From the NCBI GenBank assembly GCA_050250255.1, contig JBFWOZ010000015.1, positions 1 to 60,236 of the forward strand: a stretch of 60,236 nt of DNA, read 5' to 3'. Origin of the DNA: Bdellovibrionales bacterium. Its GTDB lineage: Bacteria; Bdellovibrionota; Bdellovibrionia; Bdellovibrionales; DASUEL01. The notes beneath the pieces are model-generated. The model did not search any database, was not told the origin of the DNA, and was given only the letters and a program-made list of their open reading frames with translations. This document shows positions 1-8,986 of this stretch, in pieces. Position numbers and translations under genes: made by a program. Within the stretch, counting starts at the first letter, position 1; each line of letters begins with the position of its first letter.

Positions 1-56
1 CTACTGAGGCCTACAGTCTGTTCCTAGACGAAACCACCGAACGCTTCACTAAGTAA
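1..56 (+). CDS. 3' end of a CDS truncated by the window edge (…TEAYSLFLDETTERFTK*)
   Basis: Open frame from 3 to TAA at 54-56, directly abutting the palindrome that separates it from a convergent gene. Confidence 0.5.
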   Translation, partial: TEAYSLFLDETTERFTK

Positions 57-136
57 AAGGTGCCAGTGTCTTTTTTCTGGCTACACTGCGGCCACTCCGT
101 GAAGCAGTGTAGCCAGAAAAAAGACACTGGCACCTT
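57..136. repeat. REP/REPIN-like palindromic element, copy 1
   Basis: Perfect 33-bp arms AAGGTGCCAGTGTCTTTTTTCTGGCTACACTGC (57-89 / 104-136), 14-nt loop; extends to 36 bp with the two flanking stop codons; homologous to 19213-19291. Confidence 0.9.
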
Positions 137-2026
137 TTAAAAGCCGAATTTCTTTTTCACATCATCAACAGCTTTGTCCATGGCTTTTTGGCCCTGACCG
201 GCTGCCTGATTTTTTGCTTCTGCTAGTTTATTTTCCGCTTGCTTCTTTATATTATCAGCTTCTTTTGTCTTTTGATCGATCTGCGACTTAAACTGATTTT
301 GAACAGCACTCGATTGTTGAGTGAGCTCTTCTTTTTGTTTACCAATTTTAGAATCAATCAGATCCTGAATTTTCTTTTTCGCTTCATCAATCTTCGCCTT
401 CAATTGTTTTTCAAAACCCTTTTGTAAAGCGGAGGCCAGATTTGATTCTAAAGACATGTGCAAATCATCCCAAGCACCTTTGGCGGTCGCCAGTACCGTC
501 ACTCGGCTGGCTTCTGCTACAGCTCCTTGCAGAATTTGTTGAACCTGCTCATTGTTAGACTGTGTGATATAAGAAATATCTCCAAAAGTGGTATTAGATT
601 TCACACTCACTTCCCCGGCTCTTACAACACCTTCAAATTCTGTCTGCCCACGAGCCTTTTCAAAACCTAACTTCAACTCATTACTTTCTGAAAGAGTTTT
701 GCCAGCTACTGGAAAGCTTGTTACCCGTGCCGTTAAACTTTGCATTGGTATATCGGTCGTATGATCAAACACCGCTTTCATGGTTACACCACGAATTTCG
801 GTTTTAGGAAAATCTCCTTTGAGATCAAGAACAGCAGGTTTCCCGATCAATGAGGGATTGGAAGTAACGTCCTTTAATTCTCCAGATACGTCCCCACCAA
901 AAGGAGAGCCTTCTGCCTTGGAACTCAGAGCCGCACGTCTTAACCAAAAAAGAGGATAAGAAGTTGTGGTCGGGAATTCAAAATTACGTCCTTTCGCTCT
1001 TTCATGGGCGACCAAGACCTCCTGTTTTTCTGTTCTTCGTGGAGGCATATACTCTTGGGCCAATGCGATGTAACGCTTCGCTTTTCTAATCTTAGAGACA
1101 AATTCTTCACCAAAAAATTGTTTCGATAAGCTTTCAACATCTAACTTTGGCAATTGAATCCGTGACTCGAGATCCTTGAGATCTTCCTTTACAACATCTT
1201 CCATAGACTTCATAGACTGATTGAACTGCTGAATATCTGATTGAATGGCATCGCCTTTGGCTTTTACCGAAGTGATTTTTTCATTCGTCTCGTTAACGAG
1301 AGAGGTGACATCGCTGACTTGTTTTTGAATCTGCACAAGGTCATTCGTTCCACCGATGCGGACCTGGCTCACCCGCGTCTGCAGGGCTGCAAAGTCTGCA
1401 GCCGTAGGCATCGTTTTGAACATCTCATCCCATTGTTTTTGCTTGGTCGCTAATTGATTTTTAAGCTCTTCAATTTTTTTGCTACTTTTGAGTTCGCCAA
1501 TATTCTGTAGATTATCAAGAGGTACTGCCCCTTTTAAAAGCTGAGTCGCATCAGCAAGGGCAGAGCCTTGAGCGTCTTGTTCTGCAGACTCAAGTTGTGG
1601 ATCATTCTCCTTGGGAACAACAAAACCGGGTTTTGATCGTTTTGTGCCTACTTGAAAGTTTTCAATAGAGGCATCTTGGACTAAAAGTTTCGCTCTTAAT
1701 AAAGCATCCCAAGAAAACTGGAAGTTCATTCGCCCGATTTCTAAAACATTGAGCTCTGGTTTTTCAGAATTCGTTACTTGCAGGCCAGATAAAGCAAATG
1801 AGCCACCAAGAAAACGAGTCGTGACATCTGCCACATTCGCTTCGGCTCCGTTTGCCTTTGTCACAACATATTGAATTCCTAAACGTAAATGCGTATCAAA
1901 AAACAAAACAAAATACGTCACGATTAAGCCAACGATAATGCCGAAGGGAATGATGGCCTCAAAACGAATTGGACCTTTTGGTTTTTTCTCTTTTACGGCT
2001 ACATTGGTAGAGTTTTGTGTATTCAT
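137..2026 (-). CDS. TIGR03545-family-like protein (N-terminal TM anchor, coiled coils, AsmA-like N region)
   Basis: 629 aa; GPIRFEA + TM start, FPxxxxYPLFWLR motif; paired with the TIGR03546-like gene. Confidence 0.75.
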   Translation of the reverse strand: MNTQNSTNVAVKEKKPKGPIRFEAIIPFGIIVGLIVTYFVLFFDTHLRLGIQYVVTKANGAEANVADVTTRFLGGSFALSGLQVTNSEKPELNVLEIGRMNFQFSWDALLRAKLLVQDASIENFQVGTKRSKPGFVVPKENDPQLESAEQDAQGSALADATQLLKGAVPLDNLQNIGELKSSKKIEELKNQLATKQKQWDEMFKTMPTAADFAALQTRVSQVRIGGTNDLVQIQKQVSDVTSLVNETNEKITSVKAKGDAIQSDIQQFNQSMKSMEDVVKEDLKDLESRIQLPKLDVESLSKQFFGEEFVSKIRKAKRYIALAQEYMPPRRTEKQEVLVAHERAKGRNFEFPTTTSYPLFWLRRAALSSKAEGSPFGGDVSGELKDVTSNPSLIGKPAVLDLKGDFPKTEIRGVTMKAVFDHTTDIPMQSLTARVTSFPVAGKTLSESNELKLGFEKARGQTEFEGVVRAGEVSVKSNTTFGDISYITQSNNEQVQQILQGAVAEASRVTVLATAKGAWDDLHMSLESNLASALQKGFEKQLKAKIDEAKKKIQDLIDSKIGKQKEELTQQSSAVQNQFKSQIDQKTKEADNIKKQAENKLAEAKNQAAGQGQKAMDKAVDDVKKKFGF

Positions 2027-2038
2027 AATAACTAGCTC

Positions 2039-2566
2039 CTAATTCCCAAAAAGTTCATCGTATTTTGCATACCATTTGTAGAAGTAGGTCGCTTTTACAA
2101 ACTTCCAAATTTTTGTCTCCTGGAGTCGAGCCACAACTTGCGCTCGATATTGTCGAATCAAAATTTTTGAGGCAATAAACACAATAGGAGAAAGAATGAT
2201 TGTGACAACGGCTGAACCCATGACGATCGTATTGTTGAATCGGGTATAGGGAATAATGGGCATGTTATAGAGCGTGGTGAACATCGGCTTTAATGAATCT
2301 ATGGCCAGCACCTGCACCCCAATGGCGTGGAAAGCGGGATCAAATAAAAACGCTAAGAACTTAAAAAAGAAAGCCGTAACAAATGCGGCTCCAATTTGAA
2401 TACGAAAAAAGAAGAGACAGAAAAAAACCAAAATGGTCTGCAGAGAAAAAGCGGGAGTGAATCCAAGAATCACACCACACGTAATACCTGCCGCTAATTG
2501 GTTTGTACCCGTATCCGAATTGAGAAGTTTGAAAAAAGCAAAAATTTGCTTGAGCAATAAAGTCAT
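2039..2566 (-). CDS. TIGR03546-family-like membrane protein
   Basis: LLNSDTGTNQLAAG and PYTRFNNTIVMGS motifs; start moved to ATG 2566, which follows a GGAGG SD. Confidence 0.8.
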   Translation of the reverse strand: MTLLLKQIFAFFKLLNSDTGTNQLAAGITCGVILGFTPAFSLQTILVFFCLFFFRIQIGAAFVTAFFFKFLAFLFDPAFHAIGVQVLAIDSLKPMFTTLYNMPIIPYTRFNNTIVMGSAVVTIILSPIVFIASKILIRQYRAQVVARLQETKIWKFVKATYFYKWYAKYDELFGN

Positions 2567-2651
2567 GTGGACCTCCCGAATCAATTGAAAGGTCATTTTG
2601 TTGGAGTTGTGAGAATGTGATCAATTACAAATGCGTTGCATCAGAAGGGAG

Positions 2652-3404
2652 CTAAATTTCTACATGTCCCTTTTTACAGTAAGTGGTCACGGCAGGGATC
2701 AAATGTTTTACTCCCGCCTCACCGACTTGACTTCGACGAAGCATTGCTTTTACCACTTCCACTTGGAAGTCCACAAGCGCGAGCTCGTCCCACCCGAGAG
2801 TCCACCAGCGGGCTTCAGACGGAATGAAGGCAGATTTCACCGTGAAAGCTTCAGGAACTGAACGAATATCTTCCGAAACTTCTGATAAAAAATCATAGAC
2901 TTCAGAAGGTGTTTTGGGTTTTTCGGAAAGGGATGCGACAGAAACAACTGGTTCCGCATACTCCGCACGAAATTCCTCAACAACGCTCTGGATAGAACGT
3001 GAGGATAGGGAGATAAGAAAAATGATCGCGAAAAAATAAATTTGCCCTACCATTATGCTCGTAATCATATGTTTTGTAGATAGCGCCTTCCATTCCATCC
3101 ACTTTTTTAATTGCACAAGGGAAAGATCGTTAGAAGGAAGCAGGGCCTCATCATCATTTTTTAAAAGCCGCCAAACGAGATAGCCCATCAAAAAGGCCAC
3201 GCAAAGTGCAAAAAGAAATGTAGATCCATAGGCAATCCATTTAGACCACATACGAATTGTTAACATCTCCTCGAGCGCGGTTGATCTCGCGAGCGATTGA
3301 TAACCAAAGGATTTATTGTACCACTCAAGTGTGGTAAGAGCATTTTGAGCTGTAGAGTTAGAACAGAGAGCAGCTGGGAGAGAAGAAACGACTTCTGTTT
3401 TCAT
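2652..3404 (-). CDS. hypothetical membrane protein (2 TM segments)
   Basis: 250-aa ORF, two hydrophobic helices, no family recognised. Confidence 0.6.
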   Translation of the reverse strand: MKTEVVSSLPAALCSNSTAQNALTTLEWYNKSFGYQSLARSTALEEMLTIRMWSKWIAYGSTFLFALCVAFLMGYLVWRLLKNDDEALLPSNDLSLVQLKKWMEWKALSTKHMITSIMVGQIYFFAIIFLISLSSRSIQSVVEEFRAEYAEPVVSVASLSEKPKTPSEVYDFLSEVSEDIRSVPEAFTVKSAFIPSEARWWTLGWDELALVDFQVEVVKAMLRRSQVGEAGVKHLIPAVTTYCKKGHVEI

Positions 3405-3418
3405 AGGAAGGATCGATT

Positions 3419-3434
3419 TGCAACATCAACGCCA
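3419..3434 (-). promoter_or_regulatory. putative sigma54 (-24/-12) promoter
   Basis: Minus strand TGGCGTTGATGTTGCA = GG-N10-GC just upstream of ATG 3404. Confidence 0.55.
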
Positions 3435-3538
3435 TCGAGAAGTGATCCGCCTCAAAACTAAGAGGAGCCCATCTCGCTCCCCTATATTTCACCGTCTAGA
3501 GTTTAGATAAAGAAGAAAATTTTTCCTTAAGGCCTTGA

Positions 3539-4891
3539 TTACGGAGTCTGAAAGCCTTTAAAAATGCGAGGCATATCAAGACGTCCACCGTAATAGACCA
3601 TGCTCATGCTACGGGGATCTCCCGTCACATTTTTATCAAAAATCTCATTCAAATCAGCGAAAGAAAGTTCAGGACGATAACTGAGCATAAGCCCCACACA
3701 ACCGGCGACCCCTGGCGTAGCCATGGATGTTCCGCTCATAGGTCCATATTTCCCTCCGGGCAAAGTACTAACAACGGTGTCGCCTGCCGCTGAGAGATGA
3801 GAAGAATATCGGCCGTAATTAGACCACCAAGTGACTGTAATGTTTGTCGCATAGAGCGCGGACACCGTGTACAGACCTGGGATGTCGAATTCCGCCGGAT
3901 ATTGATTCACTGGATCTCGATCTAAATTTTTTCCTTCGTTACCAGCTGCTACGATATTCACAATTCCTGCATTGGAAGTCGTCACAAAAGCATCCAGAAG
4001 TGCCTGGTTATACTCTTCGCCACCCCAAGAACTATTGATCACTGTTGCACCCATATTCATGGCGTACTCTAAAGCCAAAATCGCATCCGCGTCAGTTCCC
4101 CAACCTTCCGCCGAAATAAACTTCAGAGCCATTATCGAACATCGTGGACAATGGCCGGCAATGCCGAGCCCATTTCCACCAACCGCCGCGGCCGTGCCCG
4201 CGACATGGGTTCCATGAGACTGATCATCGTAGGGAAGACTGTCGCGATTGACGAAGTCATATCCCACGACATCGTCAACATAACCATTTTCATCGTCATC
4301 TACGCCATTCGTTTCTTTCGATTGACCATTTGAATCCATCCCCGATTCACCGGTATTTCTCCACATATTGTGAAGCAAATCTGGGTGAGTATAATCCACA
4401 CCGGTATCTAAAACAGCAATGATGGTTTGCGCATTTCCAATGGCGCCATACTTATTCCAAACCGTGCGTGAGCCATTATGATAGTCCGCAATCCCATAGT
4501 TCTGTGATTCCTTAGGGTCTTTCACCCATCCGCTGAGAGGACCAGGTCGTGGCGGAATGGGGGGATCTTGCGGAGAAAAAAGAGCATTCTGTGCTCCAAA
4601 TTCATAAATCGCCGGCCGCCTCTTACTATTAGGAATCGCGTATTCCAAAGTCGTGAACAATTGAAGACCATTCAGAAGACTCTCATACTGAATATCTTCC
4701 ACAGCCACTCGTACAAGCCCCGGAACAATTTGATATTGGTGAATGACTTTTCCACCACGTGCGCTTAAAAACTGTTCCGTTAACATTTGTGCTTGAAAAG
4801 AATTTTGCAAATCAAATTTTACGAGGATCTCTCCCGCTTTTGAAGAGCTAACGATAAAAAAACAAATGAGAAAAAATAAGTATTTCGGCAT
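3539..4891 (-). CDS. secreted S8 family serine peptidase (subtilase)
   Basis: Signal peptide; catalytic triad VLDTG, HGTHVAG, GTSMATP; oxyanion AAGN; NGVDDDENGYVDD Ca-loop; start ATG 4891 after GGAGGG. Confidence 0.95.
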   Translation of the reverse strand: MPKYLFFLICFFIVSSSKAGEILVKFDLQNSFQAQMLTEQFLSARGGKVIHQYQIVPGLVRVAVEDIQYESLLNGLQLFTTLEYAIPNSKRRPAIYEFGAQNALFSPQDPPIPPRPGPLSGWVKDPKESQNYGIADYHNGSRTVWNKYGAIGNAQTIIAVLDTGVDYTHPDLLHNMWRNTGESGMDSNGQSKETNGVDDDENGYVDDVVGYDFVNRDSLPYDDQSHGTHVAGTAAAVGGNGLGIAGHCPRCSIMALKFISAEGWGTDADAILALEYAMNMGATVINSSWGGEEYNQALLDAFVTTSNAGIVNIVAAGNEGKNLDRDPVNQYPAEFDIPGLYTVSALYATNITVTWWSNYGRYSSHLSAAGDTVVSTLPGGKYGPMSGTSMATPGVAGCVGLMLSYRPELSFADLNEIFDKNVTGDPRSMSMVYYGGRLDMPRIFKGFQTP

Positions 4892-4915
4892 GGTCCCTCC
4901 TTGGATCATACGTAT

Positions 4916-4943
4916 TATTCGGATTAAAATGAGACAGACTTAA
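4916..4943 (-). promoter_or_regulatory. possible sigma28 (FliA)-type promoter for the subtilase
   Basis: Minus strand TTAAG-N16-CCGAATA; spacer one base longer than canonical. Confidence 0.4.
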
Positions 4944-5019
4944 GTTCTCGACCTTTTGCCGGCTCCAAGCCTCATAAACAATCCTTGACGAAAGACTCAG
5001 TTCTGACTTTATTTATCTT

Positions 5020-5547
5020 ATGGATATTAGCAAAACTTTAAAACAAGCCGTTGAAACTGCCACCCAACACTCTGCTTTTAAGCAAATGAAGGAAAATTTT
5101 TTTCTTACTGCTTTCTCAATTTTTAAAATCCCTCTGATTTATTATCTCAGCCCGCGAATCTTAGAACTTGATGAGCATCTTGTTCGTGTACGTATACGTC
5201 TCACTCGACGCGCAAAAAATCATCACGGCTCCATGTATTTTGGGGCACTTGCTATCGGTGCTGATCTTGCAGGCGGCGCTCTCGCCATGAAACTCATTCG
5301 AGAGAGCGGCGTGAACGTTTCGTTTATTTTCAAAGATTTTACGGCTCATTTTTTGAAACGACCCGAAGGCGATGTAGAATTTATTTGCCGTGATGGAAAA
5401 AAAATTAAAGATCTCGTGAACACTGTTATCAAATCGAGCGAACGTCACAATGCGACTTTAGATATTTTAGCGCTTGTTCCCTCAAAGTTTGGACAAGAGC
5501 CCGTTGCGACTTTTACGCTGACATTATCACTCAAGAAGAAAACTTAA
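5020..5547 (+). CDS. hotdog-fold thioesterase-like protein (DUF4442/YiiD-like)
   Basis: KNHHGSMYFGALAIGAD motif, FLKRPEGDVEF. Confidence 0.8.
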   Translation: MDISKTLKQAVETATQHSAFKQMKENFFLTAFSIFKIPLIYYLSPRILELDEHLVRVRIRLTRRAKNHHGSMYFGALAIGADLAGGALAMKLIRESGVNVSFIFKDFTAHFLKRPEGDVEFICRDGKKIKDLVNTVIKSSERHNATLDILALVPSKFGQEPVATFTLTLSLKKKT

Positions 5548-6209
5548 GTTTCGGAATTGGTTTCTTTATTAAAGAGTTCGGGTAATGCTTTTGCAGGACG
5601 CGAAAGATGATCTTTAGCTCGTTCATAAAGTTCTGATTGCAAATTATTTTTGCAGCACGTGCGTAGAAGCTCCGTACGTGGAGACTCTAAAGGTAACTGA
5701 GTTTGTCCACAGGCACACACCATTTTGACTGGGCGAGCCGGCATTCCAAGGACTAAGTGAAATTCCGGTACAGAGCGAGTCACCATTGCTCCCGCGGCAA
5801 TCATTGAAAAAGCTCCCAGAGAGATGCCGCAACGAATAATGGCACCGGCACCAATGGCACTTCCCATCTCGAGATGAGTTTCCACAATCTGCCAATTTTT
5901 ATTGCCCGCACGAGGAAACATATCGTTCGTAAAAATCACGTGAGGACCAATAAAAACCCAAGAACTAACCTGAACACCACGAAAAACACTGACGCCATTT
6001 TGAATGCGCGTACCTTCACCAAGATGCACGTTTTCATCGACATAAACATCTCTCGCCAGAGAAACATTATCGTTGAGAACAGCACCTTTGCGCACATGAC
6101 AAAAGTGCCAAATTTTCACGTCTTTTTTAAGAGTTACGCCAGGCTCAACCACGGCTGTTGGATGAACGTAAGAACCGGGTCCCATAGGAATATTGGATTC
6201 TGGCTTCAT
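5544..6209 (-). CDS. hexapeptide-repeat N-acetyltransferase (WbpD/WxcM-like sugar acyltransferase)
   Basis: KIWHFCHV, IQNGVSV, FIGPHVIFTND, C-terminal CxCG; start uncertain (ATG 6209 preferred). Confidence 0.85.
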   Translation of the reverse strand: MKPESNIPMGPGSYVHPTAVVEPGVTLKKDVKIWHFCHVRKGAVLNDNVSLARDVYVDENVHLGEGTRIQNGVSVFRGVQVSSWVFIGPHVIFTNDMFPRAGNKNWQIVETHLEMGSAIGAGAIIRCGISLGAFSMIAAGAMVTRSVPEFHLVLGMPARPVKMVCACGQTQLPLESPRTELLRTCCKNNLQSELYERAKDHLSRPAKALPELFNKETNSET

Positions 6210-6293
6210 GCTCGAGTTATCGCTCTTGGGAACCGTAAGGGTCAACACTTTTAGTTGCTTCTCCCTTAGGACATTGAGTACTCTTTGATTTCA

Positions 6294-7046
6294 ATGAATT
6301 CAAATTCCCGAAAGCCATTACAGATTGCTTATATTGTACCTGTTCACAATGATGCTGAATCTCTCCATTTGTGTATTGAGCAGCTTCAAGAACAGACAAA
6401 AACATTACCGAATACATTTACGGTGCTCGTAGAAAATGGAAGCCAAGATTCTTCTTTCCAAGTTGCACACAAATTAGCTAACGAAAGCTCTATGCCCATT
6501 CACGTCTTTTCAGAAAAAAACGCAGGCATAGGTTATGCCTATCATCGAGGAATGGAAGAAGCTCTCAAGATTTGGGATCAAACTTCGGACCTCTGGATGA
6601 TTTTAACCGCCTCCGATCTTCCTTTTACCTTTAGCGATCTCCGCCAATTTTTAACGTGGTACAAATCTCACTCTCCGCTCCCTACGCGTATGGCAATGGG
6701 CTCAAAGGCCCACCCACGAAGTGTCTTAAATAATTCTTTTTCTAGACGCTTGATGACAGGAACCTACCGGCTCGCCCGTAAAACGATGTTAGGCATGAAA
6801 ACCAAAGACTCTCAAGGTTCGGTCTTCCTTCACGCCACTCTCGCCAAAGAGCTTTTACCAAAAATTGCTTCTAGAAACTTTTTTTACTCCACAGAACTTG
6901 TCTACTATGCCGAGCAAAAAGGGGAAGTCGTAGAAGAACTCCCCGTGGTGATTGCCGAAGCCATCCGCCCTTCCACCGTTCGCCCTCTAAAAGATGGTAG
7001 CCGCATGTTTTTACAAATCATGGAACTTAAAAAACGAAACTTGTAG
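6294..7046 (+). CDS. GT2 glycosyltransferase (Dpm1/dolichyl-P glucose synthase-like)
   Basis: IVPVHN…VENGSQD, NAGIGYA, KDSQG motifs; DxD position reads ASD. Confidence 0.85.
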   Translation: MNSNSRKPLQIAYIVPVHNDAESLHLCIEQLQEQTKTLPNTFTVLVENGSQDSSFQVAHKLANESSMPIHVFSEKNAGIGYAYHRGMEEALKIWDQTSDLWMILTASDLPFTFSDLRQFLTWYKSHSPLPTRMAMGSKAHPRSVLNNSFSRRLMTGTYRLARKTMLGMKTKDSQGSVFLHATLAKELLPKIASRNFFYSTELVYYAEQKGEVVEELPVVIAEAIRPSTVRPLKDGSRMFLQIMELKKRNL

Positions 7047-8693
7047 ATGAAAATTTTCTCCAAACTTCCTTTCTACGCCTTCATTCTTCTCGTCAGTTTT
7101 ATTTTATGTGCTTTCACATATGGAGCCGCGGTTTTGAATCCGCAATACGTTGAATGGCTCTACAAACATGATGGAATGAATCACTATCTTGGTTGGCTGT
7201 TCTTTCGACAAGAACCATGGGGTTTTCCTTTAGGGCAAATTCACAACTTTATCCATCCAATCGGAACCACGGTTATCCAAATGGATTCTATTCCGGTGAT
7301 GGCGTTTTTCTTTAAAACCTTTCACCCCTGGCTCCCTGTGCGATTTCAATATTTTGGACTTTGGCATTTTCTCATCTGGGCTCTTCAAGGCTATGCCGGA
7401 TTAAAAATCGCAGAGCATTTGCAAGCCACTACAGTTCAAAAGTTTTTGATCATTTTTCTTTTCATGTGGTCTTCGATCATTTTCTTCAGGACAGATCACC
7501 ACTCTCTCACAGCGCAATTTTGTCTTGTGATCTCTATTTACTATTACATGGAAACTCAAAAAGGGCGAGGTCCTCTTTTCGGCTCTATGTTGCTCACTCT
7601 CGCATTTATTTCTTTAGCGCATCCGTATTTAGTAGCAATGACACTCCCACTTTACTTCGCCACCTACCTCCGAGCGTTCTTGGACCATCCGCAAAAAAAA
7701 TGGAAATACATTTTTGAGTTCACTGGGTTCCTTACCATTGTGGGATTTTGCTTTTGGCAAATCGGCATATTTGGAGTGAAGGATCCGGGAGACCTAGGTT
7801 TTGGGTCACTCTCGTCAGATCTCCTCACTTATTTTAACTCTCTGTACACCTCAAGCATTCTACCGCGTCTTCGCACAGGCTGGGGGCAATATGAAGGTTA
7901 TGCTTATCTCGGGCTCGGAATGATTGTCTTATTTTTTATTCAGATCGGATGGCTTCTTTCTAGAAAAGAACATTTGAAGAAAATTTTCAAGAGAGCTTGG
8001 CCCTTTGTGATCATTCAACTTTTAATTTGGATTTTTTCTCTTTCCAATATTATTACTTTTGGCGGCAATCCTATTCTCAACTTAGATTTTATTTATTCTC
8101 ATCTCGGTTCTATTCCGGGAACTTTTCGATCCTCAGGAAGGTTCTCTTGGCCGCTCTTTTATTTTATCTATTTTGTTTTGATATGGTCGGTTCTCCGTCG
8201 ATGGTCAACTCAAAAAGCAACGGCCATTTTGTTTGCAGTAGCCCTTTTACAAGTCATCGACATAGCTCGCTATTACGGAACCTCTTCTGCCGGTGAAGCG
8301 GCTCCGGCCCCTGCTTTTCGCCCTGCTGCTTGGCAAACAAAAGCCAGTGGGGCGACGGCCATGATTATTCTTCCACCAGCACTCATTAAAGGAGCCTTTG
8401 ATTGTGGCCGTGGAGGCTTTACTCCCGATGAAGTCCGACACTTAGGCATTTTAGCGGGAGAGATGGGTTGGTCGGTCAACAGCGGCTACAGCTCACGTGG
8501 AGATGCACGCGTGTTTCAAATCTGTGAAGAAACTTGGGAAAGTCTCCCTCAACGTTTTGCATCTTCAAACCAATTTTTTGTGGTTCATCGAGCTTTCATT
8601 GATAGCTTTTTGCAAACCGCAGCGAAGTTCAACAAAAGCTCTAAGAAAAAAATCACCTGCCAACACATAGATGGCTTTGAAGTCTGCCGCTAA
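7047..8693 (+). CDS. polytopic membrane protein, DUF6311/GT-C-like glycosyltransferase candidate
   Basis: About 11 TMs; HYLGWLFFRQEPWGFPLG, MDSIP, FQYFGLW, EGYAYLGLG, FRSSGRFSWP motifs; abuts the GT2 stop. Confidence 0.7.
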   Translation: MKIFSKLPFYAFILLVSFILCAFTYGAAVLNPQYVEWLYKHDGMNHYLGWLFFRQEPWGFPLGQIHNFIHPIGTTVIQMDSIPVMAFFFKTFHPWLPVRFQYFGLWHFLIWALQGYAGLKIAEHLQATTVQKFLIIFLFMWSSIIFFRTDHHSLTAQFCLVISIYYYMETQKGRGPLFGSMLLTLAFISLAHPYLVAMTLPLYFATYLRAFLDHPQKKWKYIFEFTGFLTIVGFCFWQIGIFGVKDPGDLGFGSLSSDLLTYFNSLYTSSILPRLRTGWGQYEGYAYLGLGMIVLFFIQIGWLLSRKEHLKKIFKRAWPFVIIQLLIWIFSLSNIITFGGNPILNLDFIYSHLGSIPGTFRSSGRFSWPLFYFIYFVLIWSVLRRWSTQKATAILFAVALLQVIDIARYYGTSSAGEAAPAPAFRPAAWQTKASGATAMIILPPALIKGAFDCGRGGFTPDEVRHLGILAGEMGWSVNSGYSSRGDARVFQICEETWESLPQRFASSNQFFVVHRAFIDSFLQTAAKFNKSSKKKITCQHIDGFEVCR

Positions 8694-8979
8694 CTCCGAG
8701 GAGCAACTTCGTTCGTTTTTAATCTTCAAAGACCAAGGCGCGACGACGAAGGACTGGTTCAACCAATTCGAGGAGGAGCAACGCCGGGATTTGAAGATTA
8801 AAAACGAACACTGGCTGAAGGTAAAAAAAATGGCGACTTGGAGGGGGGGGGGGAATTACCAAGCCGCCACAGGGGGTATCCTGCCCATGAGCAATGATAA
8901 TGCCAAAGCCTATTGCCTATTGTTTTCTTCTGAAGCCGAAATAAACTCCGGCGAACGGATACGAATTAAACAGTCTTAG
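8671..8979 (+). CDS. short hypothetical ORF or gene remnant containing a G11 tract
   Basis: 102-aa ORF filling the gap before ilvE; overlaps the upstream gene by 23 bp; G11 at 8843-8853. Confidence 0.3.
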   Translation: MALKSAANSEEQLRSFLIFKDQGATTKDWFNQFEEEQRRDLKIKNEHWLKVKKMATWRGGGNYQAATGGILPMSNDNAKAYCLLFSSEAEINSGERIRIKQS

Positions 8980-8986
8980 AAAAAAT

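Noticed and set aside
57..136. Palindrome as an ordinary terminator or a CRISPR repeat
   Set aside because: The stem is far longer than a terminator, lacks a clear U-tail and has a dispersed homolog; there is no repeat-spacer periodicity and no cas genes
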